Part shown: positions 41,601 through 54,918 of the stretch, one piece after another
Layout of the letters: each line of letters opens with the position of its first letter
Numbering within the stretch: position 1 is the stretch's first letter
Assembly (NCBI GenBank): GCA_002633005.1
Contig: NMRA01000449.1
Coordinates: 1-64,000 of the forward strand
Length of the DNA: 64,000 nucleotides
Reading direction: 5' to 3'
DNA from: Phoronis australis
Lineage: Eukaryota; Animalia; Phoronida
The notes under the pieces: generated by a model
Seen by the model: only the letters and a program-made list of their open reading frames with translations
Told to the model about the DNA's origin: nothing
Database searches by the model: none
Program-made: the position numbers and the translations under genes

Positions 41601-44600
41601 TGAACATATTCAAAAAGCACTCCTTTTTCACTCTCATGATTCTGCAAGCTTTCCAGCGATCTTGCTTTCCTCGCGGCAAAAACTTGGTTTACGGAACGTT
41701 CTCCTGTCTTATTGATAAGCGAAAACAGAGGAGAGTTTACTCCCGCAGTTCAACTTTACGATCTCGTAGTTGAATCGTGACGGCCATTTTGCTAGTTTAT
41801 GCTAGTAAGTTGGCGAGCTTGGCCACCAGATACTAGCCATTAATCGAATGATTTTGCGTGATCCCACCTAACTCAGCAGACGGAATGCACCCACGGTCCC
41901 TACTCTCATGCAGCAAACGCTGATGAATATTGTGAGACTGACTGTATTTCGACAGAACAATTTTGTTACACAACTGGCGTCCATTTACCGAATTAGATCA
42001 TTTTTTCTCGTTTATCAAAAGGTTCAATTGGAGTATTATTGTTGATATTTGAAATTATAAACTATAAATTTCTATTTTGTATTCATGGGACAAAGATCAC
42101 GTAAGGATCTAGGCCTAACATTCAAAAGGATGCATGCTGACCTTTCGACATTCTCCTGTGTTTGCCTTTTGTGTCGATTGTTCCTTTCTATGCAGTTGGA
42201 TCGATTTTAACAATGGACTGTTCACAGTGTGATGCGTTTTTACTGAGGTAGTAAGCAATTAACAATTTCCCCACTGTTTTGACGACTACACAACTGGCGT
42301 GAACGCGACCTCAAATGCACACCTGATTACCTGTTGATGGATTAAACAATAAGCACGCTAATGATATCGTGTTCCAACAAACATGAATCAAACGTTGACG
42401 ATATATCTATTTCTGATCACAAGATATCGTTTCTAACGTGTAAGTGAACCAAATGCCTTGTTTGCAGAAACAAATGAATTCTGTATGTATCGTCTCAATC
42501 AATATACATGGATCATACATACTATCCTTTCTGTTCCAGAAAACCAGAGGTGGGCTTACGTATACCGCGCTACGTAAGTATCGTGTTCGTGCTTAGTAAT
42601 CATCCGCGCTACCCTTGCAAGTAACATTTTGCTAAGTCACCAAAAGGTGATTTCAAGATTACAAAACCTCAAATGATAACCACTAGATGACCTTAAGTGT
42701 TCCCAGGATGCCTCTGCCCTGCACCTGTACAAGTTGTGAATGAATTCCTTTCCATTACAAGTAAAAGTCCATAGGCACGTATTCGCCATTTTGCTAAACA
42801 TCCTTAATTACTGTCCAACCCAAGTTTCTGCTTAGGAATCTCTCAGCTCAGTCACAAGTCAGTTAAGTCCAAAACAGATTCAAATTGCACCCACATTTAC
42901 CATAAATTGTAAAAATTCGATTCAAGACTGATGAGAACGTACATTGTTTAAAATAAGATTATGCGTGCACATCCTGGGCTTAGAACCACTTTGCATAACA
43001 AAAACCTAAGACAAAATCAATATTATTGAAATCAAATAATACGTTACTTGAAACCAAAAACCATATGCAAGTGTTTAATAAGTTAGTTAATGTCGTGAAA
43101 CAACGACTGCTTTACGGCTTTTAAGCAAACTGTCGAACCAAAGTTGAACTCCCTTTAGTCAGCTGCAGCATGGGTTTTACAGTTTTAAAAAAAACTAAAC
43201 GCAAGAAATATAACTGACCATTTCAGATCAGTGTTTATACGCTCACATTCTTTAATAAGATGAATGTTTGCACCAAGCTCAATGCATTATACATCAATTT
43301 CCGCAAGACTCTCATGATTGTGCACATTACTGTACACGACACGCCTGTGCAACGAATTTCCCGGAAAATCTTACCCTTTGTTGTAACAAAATGTTAATAT
43401 ACCAAAAATATTTTTTCTCCGTTGGAAAACGATACAGGGGTATGCAGTTTTACCTCTACCGTGATCTTCCCGACTGACTTCACTACACGCCGTGTCTAAA
43501 TCACAACGCGAACATTTTTGCATTTTTGAAACCAATAACGCTCGTGGCTACTTTTGGTTGGTTGATACTTGGAACATTTCTTGCACCCGGGGAACACACA
43601 CTTTAACCAATTACCTCGCTGTTGCTTTGAATTCCAGGTTAACGATTGAACATAATCTTGGTGTTATGTTTTCACAGCGTTGCTTCTCACCCAAGCGAGA
43701 GGCTGTGCAAACGTTCATGGTAATATGAAAAAATGTTGAATGTATTAGTTATGTGCTAAATCAAGTAGGTCTTGTTCCGAAACTGACATATTTTATAAGA
43801 TTGTCTTGTTTTGGTTGGTTGGTTAAGATGTCGTGCGTGAATGTGGAATACCATAATACTATTTGGACCTCCGATTTCGTTCCAGCTATCTCAAGATTAA
43901 CCAAACAGTGGTGTTTGCGGGATCATTTTTACAAAAAAATGTGATCTAATGAAAAACGACAGATTTTATCTGACTGACAGCGTTTGAAAGCTTATAGACC
44001 TCTTGTTTACTTTAGACTGAGTAAGAAGTTGGGGAATACATTATCTCGAGATCAAGTGTGCTTTAGGTTGGAACACAACATTGAAATGTCAGCTAATCAA
44101 TGGACAAAAAATTGTGAATATTTTGAACTGTACATATTCGAAGGTTTAAGGTGCTTAAAATCTAAAATTCATGACAAAATACAATAAATTAAACCCACCA
44201 GTCGATCAGCTGTCAAATTAAAACTCCCGAACTCTATCTGACGATACGCAGGTCTCGAGTTAAGAGCTCTATTTTATTGGCGGATACATACTACGTAAAA
44301 TCGGGACAACCAACCACAGCACTAATCATTCTGCATTGTGTTTAGTGTGAAAAGATATCAGCTATTGCTGTTCGTTTTCTCGTGGTTTATCATGCAAGGA
44401 ATCAGTGACGAGGTGTTGTGTTTGTGGTGATTGTGACAATTTCACTTAGTATATGACCACAGTGTAGCTCTGCTCACTTTCCCTTGGGACATCGGAGAAA
44501 CTCGCGTGTTGGTGGCCATGATATACTGACGCTGGGTACGTTCAAACGTCACACTCATGTCCGTGGACCTAAGGAACTTTCATTTGAAGTCACTTTTCTT

Positions 44601-47600
44601 CTATTTTCTCGTTTTTGGGATATTAAATTCACGATTGTGATATGCAGTGCTATTAATGAAGGTTTAATGATGCTGGCAATGTAATCACTTGTCAATCAAG
44701 GTAAACAGTGGTTTTAAGCGTATTTTAAATAAAATGAACACGAAATTCGAGTGAGACGATTACCAGGACCTTAGTGCCGAAGTGTCCACAATGCCTCAAC
44801 GTTCGATACGCTCGCATAAACAGTTCAATATATTCCAAAAATTGATTTGCGCTAGCAATTGGTTGCGCAAGCTTGTCTTCATATATGTATACAATACATA
44901 TGGAAAATGACGAATATTGTGAGTACCGATTGAACGTGATCTACAACGCGTATATATTTACACAAGGGACATAACTCCAACTCGTTTTATACTTTAGTAC
45001 ATGTAATGGGCCATTGAGTGCGAAGTACTTCACTTTATCTTAATACCTATGACCGAAGCGGTATTACAACACGATCAGTTACTAAATACCACCCGATTAC
45101 CTTTGACATTTCCTGTCTGGGAGAATACCACAGATGATATCTTAAACATTATAGTCAAATAATGCAGTAAGTGGGTTAATGCGCCTGCAGAACAATAACG
45201 CAATGTTTACTCTTCCGTTTTGTACCCAAACATCTCTAACATATTTTCAGCCGTGAACAATGGCATCGTCGGTTGCTGTGGTATAAAACCCTCCGACAAT
45301 ACACATACCCTATGATATAATAATCGGGCCATGAATATTTTATAGCAATATGTCAAATATAGACGATACGACGTTACATCTGCTGCGAGGCGAATCTGTA
45401 AATTCGCTGCCGAAAATAATGTCAGCGAAGGCACGATGAAGGTCAAGGTCCGGAGAATACCAACAAATAGCAGAACACAAACTTCTGAGTTCTAGGTTAC
45501 ATTTTGCCATTTCAGATTGATGGCTCGGGAGGTGTATTTGAAGCAAAATTGGTGATGAACAAGTTGTAGCAACAGCAAAGGTTTCTAATTAGGAAACCAC
45601 GTTGCTTTGTGTCGTCTTCTTTGCTTTCCAGTAAGCAAGTATTCTGGCGCGCGCGACTAGTCTTTGGTCTACATGTCTAATGAATGTTTAATGATGTGCT
45701 AAGATGAATACTGTCGACTCGATGTCGGCCACAAGCGTTGTCAGTAACAATCCAAACTGAACCCAGGGCCATTCTACGGAAATAGCCTTTGAAATACACA
45801 GCATAGGAGCTGACGCAATTTCTCGAAATAAAGGATTTTAATTCTTGTACGAATACTGTATAACTCACTGACAAATTGTAAGACCTTAATTGGCGGTGTT
45901 TAAATACGTGGGAGTCATTGTACAACTCCTAAATCCTAATGCCTTATCTCACAGATGTTACCTTTACGAGCCGTCTAGAAGAATGGTGAACGTAGTCAAT
46001 TACAGGTTAACAGTAAAAGAAACATTAAAGCAGCGTGCTTCTAAATACTAACTTCTTTTGTCAGATTGCATCAATCCTGGATAGTTGTAATTATTTTTTA
46101 ATGCCTATCCACTTCACTGTACGCCTATTGTCAGGGTTAATTATCGACGCGCAGAAAACTCAAACAAAGAGGGTGCATCTTGGCAAACTCCTCCCACACG
46201 AAGAACACACACAAAATGTTGATTCCAATTTCCTAAAAGGTGGGATATTCCTGGGTAGAGTTCAATAACCGTAGGACCTCGCCAGAACCTCGCTAGGAAC
46301 GTAAGATATCTCAAGATCACGGTAGATATTGGCACGTACTTTCAATGAGATTTTAGCTAGATTTTTCTCGCCGCTAGATAGCTACGGAAAAGTTTTTACT
46401 AACAGCATAGCTCGATGATTAATTAGAACCACAAGTCATCGAATAAGAAATGACGAAGCGAGGCGGCGCCAAAACGTAACTTACCATGACGTCTTTATAT
46501 AGCGCCTCAGATCACGTGGCGGTGCTTCAGGAAAATAGCCAACAATAGGGCACAAACAAAATTTAATGAAGTTCATCGAATACATTGCACCTGTGTTAAT
46601 ATTCTAAACATACGACGTTGATTATGTAATCTGAACTTTTCCTACATCCATTTGAGATATTCCGCTAAATCGGCACATTCATGTAACTATCTAGGACCGA
46701 ATAAAATCGAATTTCCAGGTTAGGATAAAATAGGCGATGTCGACATGATCGAATTGGCAACATTTGATTAATTACAAACAGTAGTTAGTAAAAAAAAAAC
46801 GATTATCAACATTAGAAATGTTTGTTGACCTTTAACCTACAGAGGACGACTGACTTATTTGACAGATATGGAGATAAAGGGATCAAACGTTTCCAATCCC
46901 TCGACGATTCTAAGTGCTTTGAGGTATTAGACGGGATTAGCACAGCTCGCGTTGCCTATTCCGTACTAATACTATTCATACATAAGCATTCATACATTTG
47001 CAGGAAATGTCCGTTTCAAGTCAATACGCTACAAATAAAAAATACGATGCAAAGATTCAAAACATGATCTTCTCGCAATTCCTACAAAAAAATCTGCTGT
47101 CGCCTAGGGTTTTACATTTACCTAAACAGTAAGGCACCGTTCAAAACTGAAGAACGAACGCATGATCTTCATTTTGCATTGACCTTTTTACGCATAATTG
47201 AAAACGTCACGTACACGCACACAGGATTGGGGGATTGCGGTCATCGAAAGCAGCGCCGCCAGTAGACGTAGTACCCAGACATACATATCGTATTGTTTTT
47301 ATATACACGGTAGAGTAAACGAAAAATAGCCCTTGAAGTAGGAATGATAAGTTCGATTAATCACATACACGAATAAACTAGGTAACATTTAAACTGCCAG
47401 CTTAGCGAGCAGACGATCACAAACGTGACACTTCCTTGATTCTGGATTGGTTAACTAGTATCCCACAACTTTTTGCTCCACACAGCTTTTTCGCAATCCG
47501 CAACGTATCCGCAAAAAGGACGCGTTGTGGGAAATTGTGTACTGCATTTGCGAAACTTTCGGCATCATAGGACTTAAAGGGACTAGTTATTTCAAGATAT

Positions 47601-48171
47601 TTTCTTATACAGTTATATCAAATAAAACTGAGCCATTTAAAATTTTGTTTCCTTTTGTCCTCGTCGACGATTTTGTCCACTTATTATTCAGTGTAGAACT
47701 AAATTACAGCCCACACATGTGCGTTTGCGTTGGCATTCTAAATCTGCGTGGCATCGTGGTTAAGGTTTTGACGTTAGCCCAAGTTTTGAAATTATCTGCA
47801 GCTGCTTTGAGGGTGCAAACTTAATTTCCTTCCAAATTAAGCTTCATAAGTTGAATTTCTAGTAAACATCAAAATTTGTTAACTGTAACACAACGCAAGT
47901 CATCTTTTTTTACATCCATGAGCAAGCGAATGCGATAAATACAATTTCACCGTTTAATACCAACACACGATAACATCAAATGAGAAAGGAATTACTGTGA
48001 ACGTGAAAGGCCATTCTAACAGTCACACTGAAGGGTCCAAGCGATTTATTATATTGCGAAGACCTCCAGTAACAAACTACAACACACTATACTGTCGCAT
48101 TACAAGAAAATATTTATAATGTGTATCGTGATTTCCAATAACGTTATCAACACAAATGAAGTGATACATAC

Positions 48172-49240
48172 CTTCGTAGTTCGACCACATGTCATTGAAA
48201 CAGCTTATTAGTCCAAAGATGCACGCTAGTGGCGCAAAAATGAGGCCTGCATGACGAGCACGAACGAAGACAGAATGTTGCCAAAACCCGTACACGACTT
48301 TCCACTGTGCCGGCGTAAGATTTAGCTCATCACTTTTGGGGTTGGTAATCACCGGTTTTTTCCTGGGAGTGGTTTGTATTTGTATGTCCGGTCCCTCCTC
48401 TCTGACAACTGTCAAATGGTGTACATCTTCGTCACTGTCAATCAACTGCTTCTGGTCAGTCTGGGCGAATATCAAGCTCTCCTTTCGCGCCTTTTTCACC
48501 GGAGTCGAGACTTTCTGCTCTTCGATCTCCTTCTGCTTCTGAGCCATGAGCTCTTTCCTCCGTTTGTACGACTCCCGTCTTTCCTCCGACCATTGTAACC
48601 AAGCCGATGTAGGGGCAGCGAGGAAACGATTCGAGTGTCGACCATCGTGCTGGTCTGGGGTGCGTCCATTTGGTTTCCCACCACGTCTGGAACCAACACG
48701 ACCTAACAGGCCACAAGACTGTTCAAAGTACTCCTCGTCCATTCTCGTTGGCGAGTTATCATCCCCGACTGCCAGTCGCGAGCCTCGAGTATTTGCAACA
48801 GCTAGCTTACGAGAGGAAACTCCCTCAAACAGTTCATCGAAGTTTGTAGCATCGGAATGCTCAGATATGGTATCATCGATTGGGCCGCATTGATCCATGG
48901 GATGGCGTCTTTCACCATTGGCTTGCTTGGGGTACATGCTTCGATTTGCCACAGACCGCACTCCCTTACCGTTGTCCGCTTGACTGCCGACCAGATGCGA
49001 CCCGTCCTGTGAATAAATCTTTTTCTTCGGAGGTCCCGTGGGGCTCAGATTTACATTTTCAGTCGATGCGTGCGCCGATGAAGCATCAGGACCTAAACTT
49101 CCTATGCCGCTCGTTTCTGTGCTACTTTGAGGATGCAGACCCTTGCTGCGCCCATCGTCCGGCAGATCAAGAGAGTCTACACGCGGCTGGCGAGGCAGAG
49201 CCGACAGTCTGCCTGAACGCTGCTCGGTAGTCGATGTCAT
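48172..49240 (-). CDS. Claudin-superfamily gene, exon 1B (long disordered N-terminus plus TM1)
   Basis: This is the longest ORF in the window. It ends ...HSVFVRARHAGLIFAPLACIFGLISCFNDMWSNYE at the donor GAAG|gtatgt, and has an upstream acceptor tattgcag| at 49273/49272. Exons 1B+2B+3+4 total 1587 nt (528 aa plus stop). Confidence 0.88.
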
Positions 49241-50556
49241 AGGCTCGTATTCTTAGCGTAATGTCGGGGAAACTGCAATAATCCGTTAATCGAAAATTTA
49301 AAGTGCTACTTGCGGCGGATAGACGAGACACTGACTAGAGTGATGATGATACGCAAACAGTCACTTGATCACATAAATTCCTCGGCTGCTGAGGCGGACC
49401 TAAAGAGCAGAATATGATAATTGGTGATATCTATTTGCCATAGACTGTGCACCCACACATACAATGCTACGCCATCATTAAGCATCCCAATACGCAAGTG
49501 GGTTTGACGCAAAGCAATGATCGAGTTCGTTATTGAAAGCGCGCGGGCTGGATGCACAAAACGCGATTCTTGGAATAAACATCAGCTTGCATCGTAGAAT
49601 AAACGAATGCGAAGAACATATCCTAATGAAATACATTCATTACGCCTCTACTCACCGTAATTCTGAGTAAACACAGAAACTCAATACTTAATGGCAACCA
49701 ACGATTTTTGTCTTCTCAAGAGCGCTTCACTATCATTGATATTTCCTTTTAGCATTGTTATAAAACGAAGCTGCAGTGAATGATTATTAGCAAACAGCGA
49801 GACAAATATAAATTACCTACAATTTCCCGCATTAAACTGCGTGGCCCATATCATTTTCAATTACCATACTAAAATATTGGCAGCGCTGAGCGCTAAGAGA
49901 CGATGAAGTTAAAGCTAGCGTATAAAATCACATTTTTCCAACTATTATTTACTTCGAAATTCGTTTATTAACGGTGACTGGATTCAACTCACGTAAACGT
50001 GCACTGAGCATCGGCTGCAAACATATATTTATTTTGCATGGTCACCAAACCATTGAAAATTTTACAATAGGAAACTAACGTCACCATTATTAGGATTAAC
50101 GATATATTCATACAAGTGTTACAAAGACATTCAAAAGCAAATATTACTTCAACAACGATATCATAAAATTGGTTTCATACTACAACACGGAGCTATCAAT
50201 AAATTATATATAATGTCTGCGATAGGGGTTTTCAGTCGTTGTTCTGATAGAAGTAAGGTCATTTGAACGAACTATTAAGCTTCAATGCGAAACTCACATT
50301 TACGTTCATTTTTTCCAATTTTTGTTATCCGTCGTCAAATAGAGAGCGGTGTTACTAGTGCCTTATAATCATAAAGTACATGTATGAACATCCGTAATTT
50401 GAAGGCTTGCGGCAAACGACAATTTCGAGTTGGCTCCAAGGTACAGGCAGATAAAATACTAGAAAAATTACTAAAATGTTGGCGTATTATTTTGTACTCT
50501 TGGTATTGAACCAATACATTTGAATTTAAATTTTTTTTTTGATTCACATACTAACT

Positions 50557-50706
50557 CCTGGCGTGCGTTCCGTAGACGCGAAAACCTCGCGAGTCAACGG
50601 AAGATCACGAAAAACAAAACTATACACGATATCGCTACATTACAAGCGAAGCACGTACTCATATTAGCTTCCTTCGCGAGATTCTTGCGTCGACGGAACT
50701 CTACCA
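50557..50706. mobile_element. Old dispersed MITE family (cctggcgtgcgttccgtag...acggaac)
   Basis: Termini are inverted. Related copies or half-copies lie at ~52036-52205, 7980-8042, 18420-18481, 27064-27112, 41630-41700, 46270-46350 and 56128-56180. Confidence 0.55.
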
Positions 50707-52534
50707 TGTTGGCAATTTTGATTACACCGATGATCTGTGTCTAAGTGCTTGCACTGACAGAGAATTTTTGCCGAGATTGGATTGCGTGTAGGCCTACGGA
50801 GCGAACCTCTGACATATGCATCGACAGGCGTTCAGTGAATAGAAAAAAAAATGTATATTTATTGACCGCATTACTTGACGAGAGCACACGTTTGTTTTGG
50901 GTTTCCAAACTAAAGCCACTTGAATGCGTTAACCATCCTGAATTGTATCCTTTACAGTCATTGATCGATCGACTCTTGTCGGTTTGTTTAGTGAACGTGT
51001 CAGCCACAACAGTTGCTTAGGGCGCAAAGTCGATGAATGAAATCGATTGTCGAGTTCTGCCGCCTTTTGGTTGCATTTGAAATCCCTCGCAAACAGTTTT
51101 AAATCAAGTATGTGCTCAGCTTCACTTTAATGGTGCTTCCTACTTTCTTTCTTAGACATCCTTAAGCAGTTTCCGCTCAGGCGCGCGCAGTATTGAAGTA
51201 TACAACGTCAGTGCTCACGTAGGACTGATATAATAAATAACAAATCCTTGAAAAATGCCATGGTGATGCGAAGAAAATTAGTTGTAATCAAAACGTGCAA
51301 TCAGGTACGATTGAAACTAATACTTTATCTTTGAAATGTTAGTGGACAGCGAATTTGTGGAAGATTTTGTTTCTTCTGTCGCAACATTTTTTGAATTGTT
51401 ACTAAGCGGTAAGTGATCTTGCTACATTGTATATATATAGTCAAACGTGCCAGTAAGAATGTCAACACGATTTCACTCCAAATCGAACAGGACCGATGTT
51501 TTGTTCCTCCCGGTCCTCACACAAAAATCTAAAGTTGTCAACGTAAAGTAAGTGGGTTATCACACCTTTCCCGAACACACTTTACTAATTTGGCTCACGC
51601 GTCAGTCTAGATATGGTGTCCGACATTTAAACTTCCGGCCGAGAATTCAGAGCACTGCGCGTCTCGCTCAGGTGTGACATTGTAATGTATGAGAAATTAG
51701 GCAAATTTTCGTTCGCGCTAGAAACACACGCATTGAACTCACCTGCTCATTTCACACAGCGAGTCCAGTGGTTGACTACTGCAACAGTTCATGCGTCTTT
51801 TAGTTTGCAAAGCTGCTCTTTTGACTAACATTCACGAAAACTGTTAAAGGTGATCAAATAAATTGATTCTAAACCGATGACAAATCTACAAACGGAATAT
51901 CACTGCTTTCAAGAGGTAACAAAGCCGTGACATCTATCAAAAGTCAACTTAGATTTAACCCGCATACCGTTATAAAACCGGTCTCAAGTCTCTAGTATGC
52001 TTGTATACGAAGTGACCCGTTGTTATTGCTTCAAACCTGGCGTGCGTTCCGTAGCGCTGGAACCTACACTAAAACCTACGCTAGGACCTACCTGACATCT
52101 AACCAAAGTCACGTGTTCTCATTCAAAATACACGGCAATATCTCACGTAATCCCGCGAAGTCTTGCTTGTTAGCGAGGTCCTAGCGTTACTGAACGTGAG
52201 GCAGGTCTCGTAATTTGCTTGTCGCGGCGCGCTAGTTTCAACCGCAAAGACAGTGTGTCTGTAAAGAGAAATTTCAACCCATTTGCTGTAACCAATTTCA
52301 ATTCATGAAGGACAAGTATACGATGACGTTGCTATGGAAGAGCAAATACACCGCGTAAGACAGTTGATGTATTTCACACCAGTGGTTTATCGAGGCTCCC
52401 ACAGTATATAGGTGCACGTCCAGCCGTACTATTTAAACTAAAATACCAGGCACATATGTACATTTCAAGAAACTTCATATGATATCAATTTTCCCACTTA
52501 AAGGATCAGAGCCTCCTTCATTCCCAGTTCTTAC

Positions 52535-52667
52535 CTAAAAATATTTGCTTTGCTGCACAAACTGCCTTTTTATCCACAAAAATTCCAGGTTTCGCCGACT
52601 GAAAATTTTCTTTAAAACCAGTCGCTTCGTCCTCGACAAACGTCATTTAGTTCCATTATCTATGCAT
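52535..52667 (-). other. Candidate non-coding 5' UTR exon of the long isoform
   Basis: Acceptor ttttcttctgtcag| and donor TTAG|gtaaga bracket about 133 nt with stops in all three frames. Exon 1B has an acceptor upstream of its ATG, so UTR exons are expected. Other strong minus-strand donors lie near 49655, 51742 and 63841. Confidence 0.35.
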
Positions 52668-53545
52668 CTGACAGAAGAAAATAATACTGATGTTTTATCG
52701 TGAATCGTCCCAAATGATTCGCTCATTAAATAGTCATGAGAATTAAAGCGACCAACTTGCTCCGCAGTCATAGTTGATTCAATCATTCTGATCTAAATAA
52801 GAAACATTCTCACAGCAATGAATCAGGAAAATATGAGTCGATACCAACCTTATGCTTGCAACTCAGGGGAAAAATCTTAGTACAGGTGACCTGAGGTCTA
52901 TTTTGCAATAATGCTTTTAAGTTACATATACTAACGATTTGCCTAGAATAACACATCACGTGTATTTTTGTTGGCTTCCGTGGTTCTGGAGGCAGTTAAT
53001 TTTGTTGCGTGGGACGCTTCGCGTGTTGCCTACGCTAATGGGTAAAACCTCTCTCAACATCGAGTTTTTCGAAGGTTGTTAAGCTGAACAATGAAATTAG
53101 TGAGAAACATCACAAACATAGTGTCCTCTGAACTGTTAGACTAGTACCTAGAGACTTCGGTCTATTATTGTTAATGATTGGTCATAAAAATGAAGTGAGT
53201 AACTCCGCAATGAAACCCGGGCCTCCCAAGAAGGGCACACATTGGCTCCGTTATCGCTATCGTCTTTTACTTTTAATTCCACTTTAATATTCGTTCAGTA
53301 ACGACAACACCTTTTCATGCTCACTCTCCATACGGTCGTAGAATAATTATATGCAATCTTGATTCGAATCTTATCCTACACACAGTACGGTACAGTTGCC
53401 TTAGCTTTGTAATGCTTACAAAATTATAACAAAAAACTAACAAACGGTGTTTTTTGAATTCGTTGCAGACCATTCTAAATGCGAAAATAGCGGCACATAA
53501 TCAGGCTAGTCAATTCTGCTGACTCTCCAAATAAAGAAGTCAATG

Positions 53546-53764
53546 TTCACGAAAACAACAACGGATTTAAAACTTGACATGTTTCGGTGTCATTTATTAA
53601 ACACCATCCTCAGAAGTCATAATACAGTGGCCACCTAGCTAGGCCCAGCAACAAGTAATGAAGCACAGATACAGTCAGTTACAGGGAGTGACAATGAACT
53701 ATACCAACAATGACAACCTGTGGTGTGTCAGTTGCCTATTGAGATTGGGCTTGCACCAACTGAT
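53546..53764 (-). mobile_element. Penelope-like element end fragment, truncated at an N join
   Basis: Carries the hammerhead motif. It begins exactly where the two copies of the 53431-53545 / 53766-53877 duplication diverge. Confidence 0.55.
53571..53618 (-). ncRNA. Type I hammerhead ribozyme, Penelope-like (minimal, palindromic helix III)
   Basis: The minus strand reads gactt CTGAGGA t ggtgt-ttaataaatg-acacc GAAA c-at-g TC aagtt. It has an intact CUGANGA/GAAA core, a 5-bp helix II, helix I gactt/aagtt, palindromic helix III ACATGT and a GUC cleavage triplet. Confidence 0.75.
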
Positions 53765-53968
53765 NAAAACTAACAAACGGTGTTTTTTGAATTCGTTGCA
53801 GACCATTCTAAATGCGAAAATAGCGGCACATAATCAGGCTAGTCGATTCTGCTGACTCTCCAAATAAAGAAGTCAATCCAGTCAGGATCTTGGCTGTATT
53901 TTCGACTACCGCAAAGTCGATTGAGCGCTGAAGGCCGGAACAACGCTTTCTGAAGTGTAAACAACTAC

Positions 53969-54034
53969 TTGTTATAGGTTCTGCACAATTTTGTTATAGG
54001 TTCTGCACAATTTTGTTATAGGTTCTGCACAATT
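53969..54034. repeat. 22-bp minisatellite x3 (ttgttataggttctgcacaatt)
   Basis: Three exact head-to-tail copies with no spacers. Confidence 0.93.
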
Positions 54035-54918
54035 TCGATTTTTTCTACACTAAGTTAATTTTATATTCACTAGCTAATGATGGTCCAATCGATCATAATA
54101 AACAAATAATCGATTATGTTATGACCAAAACTCAAATACTCGAATTGGGTTTAGTCACAGTTACTGCAATACAAATACGTGAATTTCCGAGAAATATAGA
54201 CATAACCGATGATTCTTGTTAGCGTCGTTTTCAGGTTATACGGCTAAGTGCTGACATAAATATCAATAAACTCAGATACACAACTCAGTTTTAGCGTTTA
54301 ACATGGCAGTTATGTTTTTTTACAACTGAAAACATCGGTGTTACCTTCATATAGCTATAGTTATTACAAATTAAAATGACTCATTGTCTGATGTTAATAA
54401 ATCATCATTATTCAGTAATATAGAATGTCTGGCTTTATGATTAGTGTTAGCTACTATACATTTTCAGTCAAAAAACACTTTCTGTGCGATTTCGCGATAG
54501 TAACAGCATATTTCTTGATAATTTCTCAAGTATAACATTATCTCACATGTAAATGCTCCGCATAACTGAAGTTTACACATCTCAGGATTTCATTATTGGT
54601 GATATTTGATGATCGTTTAATGAGTATCGTGCGATCAACTGGGAGTGTGATCAGCTCTTCGATTCTTATCAGCAATAATCACCGCATCAGCTACAGAATG
54701 GTACATGGTCGACCCAAACTCATTTTATTCCAGTTCGAAATGTTGCCGACTTCCGGTTTTTTGGATACGCTGCGGAGTATCATTTTCAAGTGGGGGACTG
54801 CGGAGGCAGAATTTCTTCTAAACGAATGTCAACTCGAGTTTGTGAAGGTGAGTGTCAGTTTAATAGCTCGCTTCTAACCGAAGGAACATGGGCGGCGAAG
54901 CTCTATGGTGCGCCGCCC

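Noticed and set aside
46440-46520. E-box, TATA and CRE-like cluster with ATG|gtaagt on the minus strand
   Set aside because: The TATA-to-initiator spacing (~50 nt) is wrong, and such short motifs are expected by chance.
48336-49230. Several overlapping ORFs in other frames and on the opposite strand of exon 1B
   Set aside because: These are shadow ORFs of a GC-richer coding exon.
53969-54034. CRISPR-like direct repeats
   Set aside because: The copies are head-to-tail with no spacers, the context is eukaryotic, and there are no cas genes.
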